Positions 41,948 to 53,994 are shown, counted from the stretch's first letter. The stretch: DNA of 64,000 nucleotides from Synechococcus sp. AG-686-F08 (GCA_003210315.1 QCVQ01000002.1:7333-71332); one strand, 5' to 3'. The notes: generated by a model from the sequence alone, not told the origin. Made by a program: numbers and translations.

Positions 41948-42388
41948 TTGACGACAGTCCTGATGAAAACGGATGCCGGCCAGATCAAGCTGGAAATGTT
42001 CGATCAAGATGCGCCGAACACCGTCGCTAATTTCGTGAAGCTCGCGCGCGAAGGCTTCTACGACGGCCTTGCCTTCCATCGCGTCATTGATGGCTTCATG
42101 GCTCAGGGTGGATGCCCTAACAGCCGTGAGGGCGCAAAAGGGATGCCTGGAACAGGCGGTCCTGGCTACTCCATCAATTGTGAGATCAACAGTAAAAAGC
42201 ATGCCCCTGGCATCCTTTCGATGGCGCATGCCGGTAAAAACACGGGCGGAAGCCAGTTTTTCATCGTCCATGAGGCTCAACCACACCTCGATGGTGTGCA
42301 CACCGTGTTTGGTCAAACCGGCGACATGGATGTTGTTCTTGCCTTGAAAAACGGCAGTCGCATTGAAAGCGTGACGGTGACCGACTGA
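41948..42388 (+). CDS. Cyclophilin-type PPIase
   Basis: [39 protein letters not shown]. Start is TTG 41948 or ATG 41963. Confidence 0.93.
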   Translation: MTTVLMKTDAGQIKLEMFDQDAPNTVANFVKLAREGFYDGLAFHRVIDGFMAQGGCPNSREGAKGMPGTGGPGYSINCEINSKKHAPGILSMAHAGKNTGGSQFFIVHEAQPHLDGVHTVFGQTGDMDVVLALKNGSRIESVTVTD

Positions 42389-42392
42389 TCCG

Positions 42393-44003
42393 TCAGGACC
42401 AGTGAATCAAAATTGGCTGGCCAGAAGTCTCTGACCAGTCATTTTTTTTGTTGTTTAAGAGAGAAGCCAGATCCCTTTCTTCGCGATTGAGTTGCAAGGA
42501 AGGATGGAGGCGCTGTTCAGCTTTCTCTGTTTTCAATAAGCCAAGCCTTTTGGTTTCTGGCCAAGACGCCAACGTTTTGAGAAACAGCTCAGTCGCTGAG
42601 GCGTTACCAGAAACGGTCCATACGAATTGAGGACGTTCCCAAAGCGCGAGAAGCCTTGGTGTCTGTTCTGGTTGGAGGGCAAGACTTAATTTCGAAGATA
42701 AGGTCTCAGCCCTATTCAGAAGATCTGGCAGTTTGGCACTTAAATCCTCACCACAGTCCCAGGCTAGAGTTACTACTTCAGCAGCACTATTCTCATTGAA
42801 TAAATGCCCTAGCTTATCTCTCTTAGTTGCCAAATAATTCGCATTATAGTCACCTGGATTAATGATAAGAGGTACTCGATTTACAACCTCCAGGCCGTAA
42901 CCCCCGAGTCCTGCAATTTTGCGTGGGTTGTTGGTAAGGAGCCTTAGGCGATGGATGCCAAGATCACCAAGGATCTGCGCTCCCACACCGTAATTTCGTA
43001 AATCTGCTCCAAATCCGAGCTTCTCGTTCGCTTCAACGGTGTCAAGGCCGCCATCTTGGAGGCTATAAGCCTTCAATTTATTAATCAGGCCAATGCCACG
43101 CCCCTCTTGGCGTAAGTAAACAACAACACCTTCACCTTCCTCTTCAATTTGTGACAAAGCAGCCTCAAGTTGTGGCCTGCAATCACAACGGAGAGAACCA
43201 AATGCATCACCCGTAAGACACTCTGAGTGCATGCGAACCAACACAGGTTCTTGCAGTTTCCCGGGGACGCCTTTCACCAAAGCAACATGCTCACTGTTAT
43301 CCAGTTCATTGCGAAATCCAATCGCCTGAAATTGTCCGAACTGACTGGGCATGACAGCCTGGGCATGACGACGGACAAAGCGTTCGTTCTGAAGCCTGTA
43401 ACTAATGAGATCGGCAATGCTGATCAGACGCAAGCCAAATTGCTTCGCATAATCCTGAAGTTCTGGCAGACGAGCCATAGACCCATCGGAGTTCTGAATT
43501 TCACAAATCACCCCCGATGGAATGAGTCCTGCGAGCTGGGCGAGATCAACAGCAGCTTCGGTATGTCCAGCACGTTTGAGCACTCCTCCAGACCGAGCTC
43601 TTAGCGGAAATACGTGTCCTGGACGCCTTAAGTCGGATGGCTTGGCATCAGCCCGAAGCACAACCTGAATCGTTCGAGACCGGTCCTCCGCTGAAATGCC
43701 AGTTGAGACACCATGCTCTGGACCTGCATCAATACTCACCGTGAAAGCCGTTTGATTTTCATCGGTGTTGCGATCGACCATCAAAGGAAGATCGAGGGCA
43801 TCGAGACGATCTCCCTCGATGGCAAGACAGATCAATCCTCGAGCCTCTTTGGCCATGAAATTGATCTGCTCTGGCGTCGCAAACTGCGAAGCACAAATCA
43901 AATCTCCTTCGTTTTCACGGCGTTCGTCATCGACGACGACAACGCACTCGCCATTACGAATGGCGTTTAGGGCATCAGGGATGGAGTCAAAGATCGGATC
44001 CAT
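42393..44003 (-). CDS. ribBA: Bifunctional DHBP synthase/GTP cyclohydrolase II
   Basis: [34 protein letters not shown]. Confidence 0.96.
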   Translation of the reverse strand: MDPIFDSIPDALNAIRNGECVVVVDDERRENEGDLICASQFATPEQINFMAKEARGLICLAIEGDRLDALDLPLMVDRNTDENQTAFTVSIDAGPEHGVSTGISAEDRSRTIQVVLRADAKPSDLRRPGHVFPLRARSGGVLKRAGHTEAAVDLAQLAGLIPSGVICEIQNSDGSMARLPELQDYAKQFGLRLISIADLISYRLQNERFVRRHAQAVMPSQFGQFQAIGFRNELDNSEHVALVKGVPGKLQEPVLVRMHSECLTGDAFGSLRCDCRPQLEAALSQIEEEGEGVVVYLRQEGRGIGLINKLKAYSLQDGGLDTVEANEKLGFGADLRNYGVGAQILGDLGIHRLRLLTNNPRKIAGLGGYGLEVVNRVPLIINPGDYNANYLATKRDKLGHLFNENSAAEVVTLAWDCGEDLSAKLPDLLNRAETLSSKLSLALQPEQTPRLLALWERPQFVWTVSGNASATELFLKTLASWPETKRLGLLKTEKAEQRLHPSLQLNREERDLASLLNNKKNDWSETSGQPILIHWS

Positions 44004-44104
44004 ACCCTCGGCAGCTACGGCTGAATAGCTCAGCGTTCTAGGTATCCAACAAGCTCTCATCATGATCGACGCCAGTACGATCAGCCGATCATTCTGCTCA
44101 GTGC

Positions 44105-45169
44105 ATGGCGATCAAACGAGTTGCGGTCATCGGAGCATCCGGTTATGGGGGCTTGCAAAGCCTGAGGCTGTTGCAGTCCCATCCCAATTTTGAGATCGGC
44201 CTGCTTGGCGGAGAACGCAGTGCTGGCAAACGCTGGAGCGAGCTCTGCCCGTTTTTGCCTATACCTGACGACCCCTTAGTAGAGAGTCCTGACCCGGCAA
44301 GAATTGCCGAAAAGTCTGATGTTGCTTTGCTCAGCCTTCCCAATGGACTGGCGAGTGGACTGGTGCCTGGGCTTCTGGAACGTGGCGTTCGGGTCGTTGA
44401 TCTGTCCGCCGATTATCGCTATCGCTCGCTCGATCAGTGGTCGACCGTTTATGCCCAGGAGGCTCTCAATTGCAAGCGCACAGATGCCGAACTCTGTTCT
44501 GAGGCGGTTTATGGATTGCCTGAGTGGAATGCCTCAGCGATTGCAACGGCACGATTGGTGGCTGCCCCTGGCTGTTTTCCCACCGCGAGCTTGCTCCCGT
44601 TGTTGCCCTTCCTGAAGCAAGGTTTGATCGAGCAGGACGGCGTGATTATCGATGCGAAGACAGGCACATCGGGAGGCGGACGAGCTGCGAAGGAACATCT
44701 TCTGCTCGCAGAAGCCTCTGAATCAATTAGTCCTTATGGCGTTGTCGGCCATCGCCACACGTCAGAAATTGAGCAGATGGCCAGTGAGGTGGCCGGATGT
44801 GGCATCCAACTGCAGTTCACCCCCCATCTCGTGCCGATGGTGCGTGGGCTTCTCTCAACGGTATACGCCAGGTTGCGCGACCCTGGACTAACAGCGGAAG
44901 ACTGCACCACCGTTCTCGAAAGTTTTTATCGCCATCACAGCTGTGTCACGGTGTTGCCAGTGGGCACGTACCCAGCAACCAAATGGGCCAAACACACCAA
45001 CCGCGCCTTTTTATCGGTTCAAGTTGACAACCGAACCGGACGCCTCGTGCTGATGAGCGCCGTTGACAACTTGATGAAAGGACAAGCCGCACAGGCCATT
45101 CAATGTCTCAACTTGATGGCTGGCTTGCCAGGCGAAACAGGCTTACCGCTGGCTCCTTTCTATCCCTGA
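44105..45169 (+). CDS. argC: N-acetyl-gamma-glutamyl-phosphate reductase
   Basis: GASGYGG, DLSADYR, PGCFPT, SGGGR, DNLMKG. Confidence 0.96.
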   Translation: MAIKRVAVIGASGYGGLQSLRLLQSHPNFEIGLLGGERSAGKRWSELCPFLPIPDDPLVESPDPARIAEKSDVALLSLPNGLASGLVPGLLERGVRVVDLSADYRYRSLDQWSTVYAQEALNCKRTDAELCSEAVYGLPEWNASAIATARLVAAPGCFPTASLLPLLPFLKQGLIEQDGVIIDAKTGTSGGGRAAKEHLLLAEASESISPYGVVGHRHTSEIEQMASEVAGCGIQLQFTPHLVPMVRGLLSTVYARLRDPGLTAEDCTTVLESFYRHHSCVTVLPVGTYPATKWAKHTNRAFLSVQVDNRTGRLVLMSAVDNLMKGQAAQAIQCLNLMAGLPGETGLPLAPFYP

Positions 45170-45185
45170 CTTTTGCCAGTTGCGC

Positions 45186-45869
45186 TCAAATGGTCTGCCG
45201 CCAATTCAATCCTGCTATCGCGATAGCCCACGGCAAAATGCGATGTTCCTGGGATTGAATGCGTGCAGCCAAGGAGGCTCGACTGTCGTCCTGAAGGACT
45301 GGTACAGCCGCCTGGGCAATCACCGGTCCGGTATCTACATCAGCCTGAACCAAATGGGCAGTGCAACCACTGATCCGCACCGACGCTTGCAGAGCTTGCC
45401 CAACAGCATCGAGACCCTTAAAGCTGGGCAAAAGGGACGGGTGGATATTCAACAATCTGTTTGGGAAGGCTTCAATCAGGACTGGAGTGACAATCCTCAT
45501 CCATCCAGCCATCACGATTAATTCCACATCTGCCTCAAGAAACGCTTTGACGAGGGCATGGTCAAGCCCTTCTCTCGTCTCAAACTGACGATGATCCAAG
45601 ACCTGACAAGGAATGTTGAGACGGTGCGCTCTCTGTTCAGCGCCACAGCCTTGATTGTTGACCACTAGGAGTTGAATATCGGCATCCAAAGCATTGGAGG
45701 AGATCGACTTTTGAATCCCCTCGAAATTGCTTCCATTGCCAGAGGCCATCACACCGAGTCGCAGAGCTGGTTCAAAGTGAGGCCACTGCCCAATAGAAGG
45801 GGAGATCAGCTCGAAATCTGAATCAAGTGAATCATCACCACAGTGGCTAAGGTTCGAATGCGCGGGCAT
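45186..45869 (-). CDS. purN: Phosphoribosylglycinamide formyltransferase
   Basis: SGNGSNF, AGWMRI, NIHPSLLP, DTGPVIAQ. Start uncertain. Confidence 0.94.
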   Translation of the reverse strand: MPAHSNLSHCGDDSLDSDFELISPSIGQWPHFEPALRLGVMASGNGSNFEGIQKSISSNALDADIQLLVVNNQGCGAEQRAHRLNIPCQVLDHRQFETREGLDHALVKAFLEADVELIVMAGWMRIVTPVLIEAFPNRLLNIHPSLLPSFKGLDAVGQALQASVRISGCTAHLVQADVDTGPVIAQAAVPVLQDDSRASLAARIQSQEHRILPWAIAIAGLNWRQTI

Positions 45870-45878
45870 CATGTGCTC

Positions 45879-46250
45879 ATGTCCCATCTGACCATCCTGC
45901 CAACCGTCATTAGAGACCTCGAGCTTCTTGAGGAAACTCTGTTAGCGGAGCACTATCTCGTACAGCGTCCAGGTCTGATCAAAGCGTTTGGCCAGGATAT
46001 TTATGCAGCTGAATTAGTCGCTACTGATCGCAGCGGGCTTCAAATGGGCTGGAGATGGGATGCCGATGGTTCTTTGGCGTTGATGCTGGATCTTGGTCAA
46101 ACCAAAGATGCCGCGGGACATCAAACCCGTCTCAAAACGATTTTGCGGGGCTATGCCCTGAGGTCAGCCCTCCGCTCCAAAGATGGAGTCACCTTTGGTC
46201 CCTCCGTCTCAACGACAGACCATCAGGGAGCTGAGCGAGCCATTTGCTGA
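45879..46250 (+). CDS. Ycf35/DUF1257-like protein
   Basis: MSHLTILPTVIRD N-terminus resembles the Ycf35 MSHF..I.T pattern. Confidence 0.65.
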   Translation: MSHLTILPTVIRDLELLEETLLAEHYLVQRPGLIKAFGQDIYAAELVATDRSGLQMGWRWDADGSLALMLDLGQTKDAAGHQTRLKTILRGYALRSALRSKDGVTFGPSVSTTDHQGAERAIC

Positions 46251-47947
46251 TGGATCGCGTCAGGATTTCGATTGATCTCTGTGAGCCTGCACGTCAGCAA
46301 CTCAAAGTGAAACTCGAGTGGACACCTCGTGTCCTACATCAATCCTGGTTGATGCCCGTATGGACCCCTGGGTCCTACACCGTGCGTGACCATGCACAGC
46401 ATCTCCATAGCCTTCGCTTACAGCAATCAGGTCAGGACATCAACGTCCAACGAGTTGCACCATCGTGCTGGGAAGCCGAGCTGGTGAACCTTGATCCGGT
46501 TTGTTTGACCTACACGCTGGAAGCGCGCCAACTCACGGTGCGCACCAATCATTTGGATCCTGATTTCGCATCCCTATGCCTTCCGGCAGTGGTCATGCTG
46601 ATTGATGGAGAACGCTGGAATCGCCATCACCTCCAGCTGTCTTTGCCAACCGGATGGTTAGGACACTTACCTCTGCCACGTGTTGACGATGGCTATGAGG
46701 CAAAAGACTTTGACCATCTCGTCGATGCACCCGTCCACGCCGGTCCCTTTCATTCACGCCCTTTCACAGTGCGTGGGCATCACCACGAATTGCTGACGAT
46801 TGGCGAACCACCAATGGGTTGGCCTCCAACATTTCAAGCTGATATAGAGGCCGTGTGTGAAGCCGCTTGCACATTGATGGGAACTCCACCACCGGCGGCA
46901 GATTGTTATCAATTAGTGATTCAGCTTCTCGATCAAGGATATGGAGGTCTTGAGCATGATCATGCGTCAGTGCTTCAATTTTCTTGGGAGGCGTTAACGA
47001 AAAAAGATGGTTATCGACAACTTTTACAGTTGATTGGCCATGAATACTTTCACCAATGGAATGTACGAAGACTTCGTCCTGGCGCCTACGTACCCTATCG
47101 ATACGACAAGGCTCAAATCAGCGATGGCCTTTGGTTTGCAGAAGGAATTACAAGCTATTTTGATCTTACCCTCACTCTTTTGGCATCAAAGTCTGATCGA
47201 CAAACCTTGCTTGACGATTTAGGGAAAGACATCTCTCATGTACTCCTTAATCCTGGATGCAAGATTCAATCCTTAGCTGACAGCTCAAGAGAAGCTTGGC
47301 TGAGGCTCTACAAGCAAACTCCTGCCAATTCCATCTCCCAGATCAGTTATTACCGACTCGGGACAATTATTTCATTTTGCCTTGATGTACAACTAAGGCA
47401 AGCAGGCTCATCACTCTCCCTTGTCGTTCGAGATCTGTGGAGTCGCTTAGGACGACATGGAAAGGGGTATGAACCCAAAGACCTCATTCAGGCCGTATCT
47501 ATCCACAACAAGGGCCTAGGCGAGGTTTTACCAACCTGGCTTGAAACAACGATGGCAGCGCCCATTCATGACAACCTGAATGCCCTGGGCTTGATGGCCG
47601 TTCCGGTTCACTCGCAGCATGCAGACGTTGGCATGCAACTTGCTCAGAAAAAAGATCGTTTGGTGATCAACAAAGTGAGCCCTGACGGTCCTGCCGAACA
47701 AGCAGGTCTCGTACCAGGTGATGAGGTGGTCGGAGCTCATGATTGGCGTCTCAGGGGTCTTGAGCATTGGCAAGCACTCCTTCAAGGCCCCGAACAGATT
47801 CCAGTTTTTTATGCACGTCGCGGTCGGCTCAGCTCCACAATCCTGAAGAAAAGGGATCCAATTGTGGATCACTGGAAGATCACCTGGGACCCTGGTGCAT
47901 CGTCATCACAAAAAGAATTACGTGATCGATGGTTTTCAATCGTCTGA
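46244..47947 (+). CDS. M61 family metallopeptidase with PDZ domain
   Basis: MPVWTPGSY, GGLEH, HEYFHQWN, LWFAEGITSY, PAEQAGLVPGDE. Confidence 0.92.
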   Translation: MLMDRVRISIDLCEPARQQLKVKLEWTPRVLHQSWLMPVWTPGSYTVRDHAQHLHSLRLQQSGQDINVQRVAPSCWEAELVNLDPVCLTYTLEARQLTVRTNHLDPDFASLCLPAVVMLIDGERWNRHHLQLSLPTGWLGHLPLPRVDDGYEAKDFDHLVDAPVHAGPFHSRPFTVRGHHHELLTIGEPPMGWPPTFQADIEAVCEAACTLMGTPPPAADCYQLVIQLLDQGYGGLEHDHASVLQFSWEALTKKDGYRQLLQLIGHEYFHQWNVRRLRPGAYVPYRYDKAQISDGLWFAEGITSYFDLTLTLLASKSDRQTLLDDLGKDISHVLLNPGCKIQSLADSSREAWLRLYKQTPANSISQISYYRLGTIISFCLDVQLRQAGSSLSLVVRDLWSRLGRHGKGYEPKDLIQAVSIHNKGLGEVLPTWLETTMAAPIHDNLNALGLMAVPVHSQHADVGMQLAQKKDRLVINKVSPDGPAEQAGLVPGDEVVGAHDWRLRGLEHWQALLQGPEQIPVFYARRGRLSSTILKKRDPIVDHWKITWDPGASSSQKELRDRWFSIV

Positions 47948-48849
47948 CTGAAATCTGGAAGCGAGTGGAGTCTCACCTATCCCATCGTGGTGCGACTCTG
48001 ATTCTTTGTAGTGGCACTCTGGTTCTCGGCATGGGTGCTGTGGCCTGGTTGAGCAATGACCAAAGTGGTGCGCTTAAAGCGAGCAGTCCGTCTCTCCTTG
48101 ATCTTCTTGATGAAGTAGGCAGCGAGGCGAAGCGAGAACGTCAAAAAGTTGAACCAACCAAACAACCCAAACCCCCAAGAGCAATCTCCTGGTCATCACC
48201 CTTAGCCAAACAATGTTCAGGATTTGACGTGAAGGTTAAAGACAGGTTGGACGCAAAACAAAGCACACTCAAGCAACGGAGAGTGTCCGTAGCGACAGAT
48301 CCTTCAAATTTTGGAAAACGCTTCCGGATTAATCCCTGGGGAGCAACCCTCAATCCTGATCCACGTGTCGTTGTACTTCATGAAACGGTCTACTCGCTTC
48401 AATCAGCAGTCAATACTTTTATGACTCCCCATCCCAGAGATGCAGACCAAGTCAGTTATCACACCCTAATTGGTCTCGATGGGAAAATCGTTGATCTTGT
48501 CGATCCACTCAACCGCGCCTATGGAGCAGGATATTCGGCTTTTCTTGGTGAGTGGGCCGTTACGAATGCAAAGATAAGAGGTTCAGTTAACAATTTTGCA
48601 CTTCACTTAAGCCTGGAAACACCTCCAGATGGCGGCAATAGCAGATCGACCCATAGCGGATACTCAACTGCACAATATGATTCATTAGCGCTTGTTCTAA
48701 AGAACTGGATCGATCGTTTTGGATTTACTCCAGCGGCGATTACGACCCATCGCCATGTTGATCTTGGAGGAGAGCGTGGCGATCCTAGAAGCTTTGACTG
48801 GGATGAACTTCAAACGCGTTTAGCCGCTTTAAAAGTTCTATGTCCCTGA
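47929..48849 (+). CDS. N-acetylmuramoyl-L-alanine amidase (Amidase_2)
   Basis: VVLHET, VSYH, RAYGAG, HLSLE, ITTH...DP; N-terminal TM segment. Confidence 0.85.
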   Translation: MVFNRLTEIWKRVESHLSHRGATLILCSGTLVLGMGAVAWLSNDQSGALKASSPSLLDLLDEVGSEAKRERQKVEPTKQPKPPRAISWSSPLAKQCSGFDVKVKDRLDAKQSTLKQRRVSVATDPSNFGKRFRINPWGATLNPDPRVVVLHETVYSLQSAVNTFMTPHPRDADQVSYHTLIGLDGKIVDLVDPLNRAYGAGYSAFLGEWAVTNAKIRGSVNNFALHLSLETPPDGGNSRSTHSGYSTAQYDSLALVLKNWIDRFGFTPAAITTHRHVDLGGERGDPRSFDWDELQTRLAALKVLCP

Positions 48850-48905
48850 GGACCTAGACATAATTTATCGATTAACAAGATCCTGTTGACTCAAAGAGTC
48901 AAGTC

Positions 48906-49682
48906 CTAAACCAACGGTTGAGTCGTAGGTCGACGCTCTGAAAAGATCAAACCATGCAACTCAGTATCTTGCATGTATCGCAACACGCGCCTGGGATAAT
49001 CAAGTTTTCCGTTATGAAGATACGCCAACGTCGCAATAGCTTTGGCATCAACATAAGAACGACTTGCAATTAAGACTTGATCAGGAGAGAGACCAAGTTC
49101 CTTTTTTAACCGAGCTAATTTTGCAGCAAGCAACTCAACATTGGCTTCAGAATTCATTAAAAGATTTCTGGCTTCTACGATTTCAGTTTTGGATGGATGC
49201 AACGGCAGACGACCTTGATGAATTAATTCACTAATTCCAAGCTGAGCAGGCCCGTGCGTTGACACAAACCCTGAATGCACAACAAACGGAAGATCTTCTC
49301 CAGGCTTGGAATGCTGGATTTCATCAAACAAGATCGCAGTCACAAGCATCGGGTTCACCCGATAGCGTCGCGACTCCCTCTTAATCACTGGTTTGAGTGC
49401 TTGGAGTCGATTGACCGTTTGAGTTCGCAGAGGCTGGAATTGGTCCATGCCCCGGGTGAACAACTGGGCGAGTCTCGTCTGTGGCCCATGCACACCAAAA
49501 CGACGCTGCAGCAGAACAAGCTCTTCTGGGCTGAAGACACTCGGATCTTCTTGGATGAGCTGCGTCTGGATCTCAGCATCGACCAATGGCAGTTGCGCGG
49601 TGCTGCGTAGGTGAGCAACGGACAAACAGATGAAGCCCAGAACTCCCGCTGCGGCAACAACCTGGCGTCCAAAAAGACTCAC
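48906..49682 (-). CDS. Hypothetical exported protein, possibly lysozyme/SLT-like
   Basis: Start reassigned to the GTG at 49682 (VSLFGRQ then a hydrophobic stretch); YRVNPMLVTAILFDE, GPAQL, AYLHNG. Confidence 0.65.
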   Translation of the reverse strand: MSLFGRQVVAAAGVLGFICLSVAHLRSTAQLPLVDAEIQTQLIQEDPSVFSPEELVLLQRRFGVHGPQTRLAQLFTRGMDQFQPLRTQTVNRLQALKPVIKRESRRYRVNPMLVTAILFDEIQHSKPGEDLPFVVHSGFVSTHGPAQLGISELIHQGRLPLHPSKTEIVEARNLLMNSEANVELLAAKLARLKKELGLSPDQVLIASRSYVDAKAIATLAYLHNGKLDYPRRVLRYMQDTELHGLIFSERRPTTQPLV

Positions 49683-49787
49683 AAAACACAGTTCACGTTT
49701 CCGCCGAGAGAATAACCGCGATATTCCAATTCGTGGGCATCTCGGACAATCACGGATAGGTTCGGGGATGAAGGTTCTCCGCAAGAG

Positions 49788-51386
49788 ATGAGCTTCCCGG
49801 ATTTCAGCGCCATCGATAGCCAGACCCAGTGGCAACGCTTTTGCGATTTGCTTTGGTATCACGACGATCTCGGCCTCTGGCTCGATGTCAGTCGGATGCA
49901 TCTCAACAGTGCTGATCTCGAGACGCTCACTCCTCGCTTGGAAGATGCTTTCAAGGCGATGGAGAACTTGGAGGGAGGTGCGATCGCCAACGCCGACGAG
50001 CAACGTCAAGTCGGCCACTATTGGTTACGTCAGCCGCAATTAGCACCGGATCCACAAGTTGGGGCAAGTATTTCCGCTGAAATCGACGCCATCGATCAAT
50101 TTGGTAAGTCGATTCTTTCTGGTTCCATTCAGGCTCCCAACGGAAAGCCGTTTACGGATGTCCTCTGGATTGGGATTGGAGGCAGTGCCCTCGGCCCACT
50201 ACTGATGGTTCGCGCTCTTCAGGACCATCAAGCAGGCCTGCCGTTCCACTTTTTTGACAACGTGGATCCCAATGGCATGAGCCGGGTTCTGGCAGGGCTG
50301 GGTGAACGTCTCTGTACAACTTTGGTGATCACCGTCAGTAAGTCGGGGGGGACACCAGAGCCCCACCTCGGCATGGAACAAGCAAGACATCGTCTTGAAG
50401 CTTCCGGAGGCAGTTGGCCCGGGCAGGCGGTCGTAGTCACCATGGCGGGAAGCAAGCTCGATCAACAAGCTGAAAAAGAGAACTGGCTCCAGCGTTTCGA
50501 CATGTTCGACTGGATTGGTGGTCGCACCAGCATCACGAGTGCTGTTGGTTTACTACCTGGCGCATTAATCGGTTGTGATATCCGTGGTTTCTTGGCGGGA
50601 GCCGCCCAAATGGACGAAGCCACTCGCTGTCCAGATGTGCGCCGCAATCCCTCAGCCTTGATGGCAGCCGCCTGGTATGCCGCTGGGGAAGGCAAAGGCA
50701 AACGCGACATGGTCGTGCTCCCTTACCGAGATCGTCTTGAAGTTTTCAGTCGCTATCTCCAACAGCTGGTGATGGAATCCCTCGGCAAACACCTTGATCG
50801 TGATGGCAAGGAAGTGCATCAGGGCATTGCCGTCTATGGAAATAAGGGATCAACCGATCAACACGCCTACGTACAGCAACTGCGTGACGGCATCGATAAT
50901 TTCTTCGTGACCTTCATTGAAGTCTTGCGTGATGTGGATGACATCCCTTCGATCGAAGGGGAACGCCCTGGCGACTTTCTTGATGGGTTCCTGCAAGGAA
51001 CGCGCTCAGCGCTCACGGAAGGAGGGCGTCAAAGCTTAAGCATCAGCATGCGTCGCTTTGATGCACGCCGACTAGGAGCGTTGATCGCCTTGTTTGAGCG
51101 GGCCGTTGGCTTATACGGAGAATTGGTGAATGTGAATGCCTATCACCAGCCAGGAGTCGAAGCTGGCAAAAAAGCCGCTGCTGCCATTCTCAATTTGCAG
51201 AAGCAAGTGGAAGAGGTCCTGTCCGACGGAGTGTCCAGGTCTGCCGTGGAAATCCAAAAAGCCATTGGATCAGGTACCGATGAAGCCATTTTCTGGATCC
51301 TGCGTCATCTCACGGGTAACGATCGTGGATACGTGGCCCAGGGAAGCTGGGATAGTCCAGCCTCACTGCGCTTCAGCAAAGGCTGA
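49788..51386 (+). CDS. pgi: Glucose-6-phosphate isomerase
   Basis: IGIGGSALGP, SKSGGTPE, GGRTS, QLVMESLGK, QPGVEAGK. Confidence 0.96.
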   Translation: MSFPDFSAIDSQTQWQRFCDLLWYHDDLGLWLDVSRMHLNSADLETLTPRLEDAFKAMENLEGGAIANADEQRQVGHYWLRQPQLAPDPQVGASISAEIDAIDQFGKSILSGSIQAPNGKPFTDVLWIGIGGSALGPLLMVRALQDHQAGLPFHFFDNVDPNGMSRVLAGLGERLCTTLVITVSKSGGTPEPHLGMEQARHRLEASGGSWPGQAVVVTMAGSKLDQQAEKENWLQRFDMFDWIGGRTSITSAVGLLPGALIGCDIRGFLAGAAQMDEATRCPDVRRNPSALMAAAWYAAGEGKGKRDMVVLPYRDRLEVFSRYLQQLVMESLGKHLDRDGKEVHQGIAVYGNKGSTDQHAYVQQLRDGIDNFFVTFIEVLRDVDDIPSIEGERPGDFLDGFLQGTRSALTEGGRQSLSISMRRFDARRLGALIALFERAVGLYGELVNVNAYHQPGVEAGKKAAAAILNLQKQVEEVLSDGVSRSAVEIQKAIGSGTDEAIFWILRHLTGNDRGYVAQGSWDSPASLRFSKG

Positions 51387-51390
51387 TTCG

Positions 51391-53994
51391 TTAGGAGCTC
51401 GGCACCAGGTTGACGAGCTTTCCCGGAACCACAATCACACGCCTAGGTGGCTTGCCTTCCAGCCAGCGTTGGGCCACATCGCTGGCAAGAGCCAACCGCT
51501 CTAGTTCCTCCTTGCTGCAGTCAACGGCTACGGACATCGACCCCCGTACTTTTCCTTTGACTTGAATCACCACTTCAATCGATTCCAGCACCAGGGCCTC
51601 GGGATCATGGTCAGGCCATGGTTGACAGTGAATACTCGCTTCACCGCCGAGTCGTTGCCAAAACTCCTCGGCCAGATGCGGTGCAAATGGCGCCAGTAAG
51701 CGCACAAGAGCTGACATCGCTTCTTCTCGTACTGCAGGGGAGGCTTGCGCCAAGCCAGACGAAAGTGAATTACTGAGCTTCATGAGCTCCGAAATCGCTG
51801 TGTTGAACTGAAAGTCATCACTGAGATCCTCACTAACAGCCTTGATGGCCTGGTGCACAGCCCGCCGAATGTCAGGGTCTGATTCGCCCGTTGCAGGGGA
51901 GGCTTCGTCGTGATTGACCTCCGAATCCACCAAACGCCAAAGACGCTGCAAGAAACGGAATTGGCCCTCCACATCAGCGTCATCCCATTCCAAATCCTTT
52001 TCCGGAGGAGCTTTGAAAAGAATGAACATTCGAGCGGTATCGGCGCCATAACGATCGATCACAGCGGCTGGATCCACACCGTTGTGCTTCGACTTGGACA
52101 TTTTTTCGAACAAGACCTCCAACGGGCCGCCGTCATCAGGGTCGAGGGGATTGGATGCGTCCTTGACCGAGGCCGGTGCGACATATCGTCCGGTTCTTGG
52201 ATTTCGGTAGGTCGTGCCCTGAACCATGCCTTGCGTTAGCAAGCGCTCAAAAGGTTCCTTCGTTTCGAGTAAATCACGATCTTTTAATGCCTTAGTAAAA
52301 AAGCGTGCATACAGTAAATGAAGAATTGCATGCTCAATTCCCCCTACATACTGCTTAACCGGCAACCAGCGATTAACGGAGGTTGCATCAAACGGAAGGT
52401 CTCGATTATGAGGATCAGAAAATCGGAGGTAATACCAAGATGAACACATAAAAGTGTCCATTGTGTCAGTCTCACGGCGAGCCGGTTTTCCACATTTAGG
52501 ACAGGTTGTGCTGACCCAATCCACCGCACGGGCCAAAGGTGATCCTCCAGCACCATTCAAATCAATGCCCGTTGGCAATTCCACAGGAAGCTGATTGCGT
52601 GGAACCGGAACAGCACCACAATCATCACAATGAATAATTGGTATTGGACACCCCCAATATCTTTGTCTTGAGATCAACCAATCGCGAAGTCTGTATTGAC
52701 GTTTAGCCCGAGCCCAACCATTTTCGGCCCCATAATTGGTAATCGCAGTTTTAGCCTCATCATTGCTTAATCCACTAAACCCAGCGCTATGGATCAAGCT
52801 GCCTGGTCCTGTCCAGGCTTCACCGTCATTGACATGTTCATCGGTGCCTGGCACTTCAATCACCCTTTGAACAGGCAATTCATGTTGTCGAGCGAATGCG
52901 AAATCTCGAACGTCATGAGCCGGAACACCCATCACAGCGCCCGTTCCGTAATCCGCAAGCACATAATCAGCAATCCAGATGGGAATCGATTCACCATTGG
53001 CCGGATTGATAGCGAAAGCACCAGTAGGAACTCCGCGTTTTGGTTGATCATCAGACGTGCGCTCATCTTGACTTAGTTCAGCCATGAGATCTCTGAATGC
53101 AGTCACCGAAATGCGTTCTTCGCTTGTCGTGAGCTGATCAACGAGAGCATGATCAGGAGCTAAAACCAGATAGCTCACTCCAAACAATGTGTCTGGTCGC
53201 GTTGTGAAAACGGTGATGGAAGTACCTGGATGGGCTTCCACTTTGAAATCGATCTCAGCACCAATGGAACGGCCAATCCAATTGGCTTGCATGGTGCGAA
53301 CTCGTTCAGGCCAACCCTCTAGTTGATCGAGATCATCAAGCAGGGCATCGGCGTAATCAGTGATGCGTAAAAACCACTGGCGCAAGTCCCGTTTTTCCAC
53401 CAACGCGCCAGAACGCCAAGAGCGACCATCCGCATCCACTTGCTCATTCGCGAGCACCGTTTGATCGACGGGATCCCAATTGACAGTGGCATCCTTTTGA
53501 TAAGCAAGACCGCCGGCATGCAGTTCTAAAAACAGCCATTGCGTCCAGCGGTAGTAATCGCTGTGACACGTTGCCAGCTCACGATCCCAATCGATCGATA
53601 AACCAAGGCGGCCCAACTGGCCTCGCATCTGAGCAATATTGCGATCTGTCCAAACACCGGGTTCGATTTTGCGTTCGATCGCGGCATTTTCAGCTGGTAA
53701 GCCAAAGGCATCCCACCCCATGGGGTGAAGCACTGCATCACCCCGCATGCGTTGCACCCGAGCAATCACATCCGTAATCACGTAATTACGGACATGGCCC
53801 ATATGAAGCGTTCCCGAGGGGTACGGAAACATCGACAACGCATAAAAGGCTCGCTGGCCTGGCTTCGGGTCCTGCGTTTCATAGAGACGCTGATCCTTCC
53901 AAAGCGCTTGCCATCGCTCTTCGAGCGCAAGGGGTTGATACCGATCAGTGGCCTCAGAGGCTGCGTTGGCGGATGAAGACGAGGAAGCCGTCAC
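51391..53994 (-). CDS. leuS: Leucine--tRNA ligase
   Basis: [28 protein letters not shown]. Confidence 0.98.
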   Translation of the reverse strand: MTASSSSSANAASEATDRYQPLALEERWQALWKDQRLYETQDPKPGQRAFYALSMFPYPSGTLHMGHVRNYVITDVIARVQRMRGDAVLHPMGWDAFGLPAENAAIERKIEPGVWTDRNIAQMRGQLGRLGLSIDWDRELATCHSDYYRWTQWLFLELHAGGLAYQKDATVNWDPVDQTVLANEQVDADGRSWRSGALVEKRDLRQWFLRITDYADALLDDLDQLEGWPERVRTMQANWIGRSIGAEIDFKVEAHPGTSITVFTTRPDTLFGVSYLVLAPDHALVDQLTTSEERISVTAFRDLMAELSQDERTSDDQPKRGVPTGAFAINPANGESIPIWIADYVLADYGTGAVMGVPAHDVRDFAFARQHELPVQRVIEVPGTDEHVNDGEAWTGPGSLIHSAGFSGLSNDEAKTAITNYGAENGWARAKRQYRLRDWLISRQRYWGCPIPIIHCDDCGAVPVPRNQLPVELPTGIDLNGAGGSPLARAVDWVSTTCPKCGKPARRETDTMDTFMCSSWYYLRFSDPHNRDLPFDATSVNRWLPVKQYVGGIEHAILHLLYARFFTKALKDRDLLETKEPFERLLTQGMVQGTTYRNPRTGRYVAPASVKDASNPLDPDDGGPLEVLFEKMSKSKHNGVDPAAVIDRYGADTARMFILFKAPPEKDLEWDDADVEGQFRFLQRLWRLVDSEVNHDEASPATGESDPDIRRAVHQAIKAVSEDLSDDFQFNTAISELMKLSNSLSSGLAQASPAVREEAMSALVRLLAPFAPHLAEEFWQRLGGEASIHCQPWPDHDPEALVLESIEVVIQVKGKVRGSMSVAVDCSKEELERLALASDVAQRWLEGKPPRRVIVVPGKLVNLVPSS

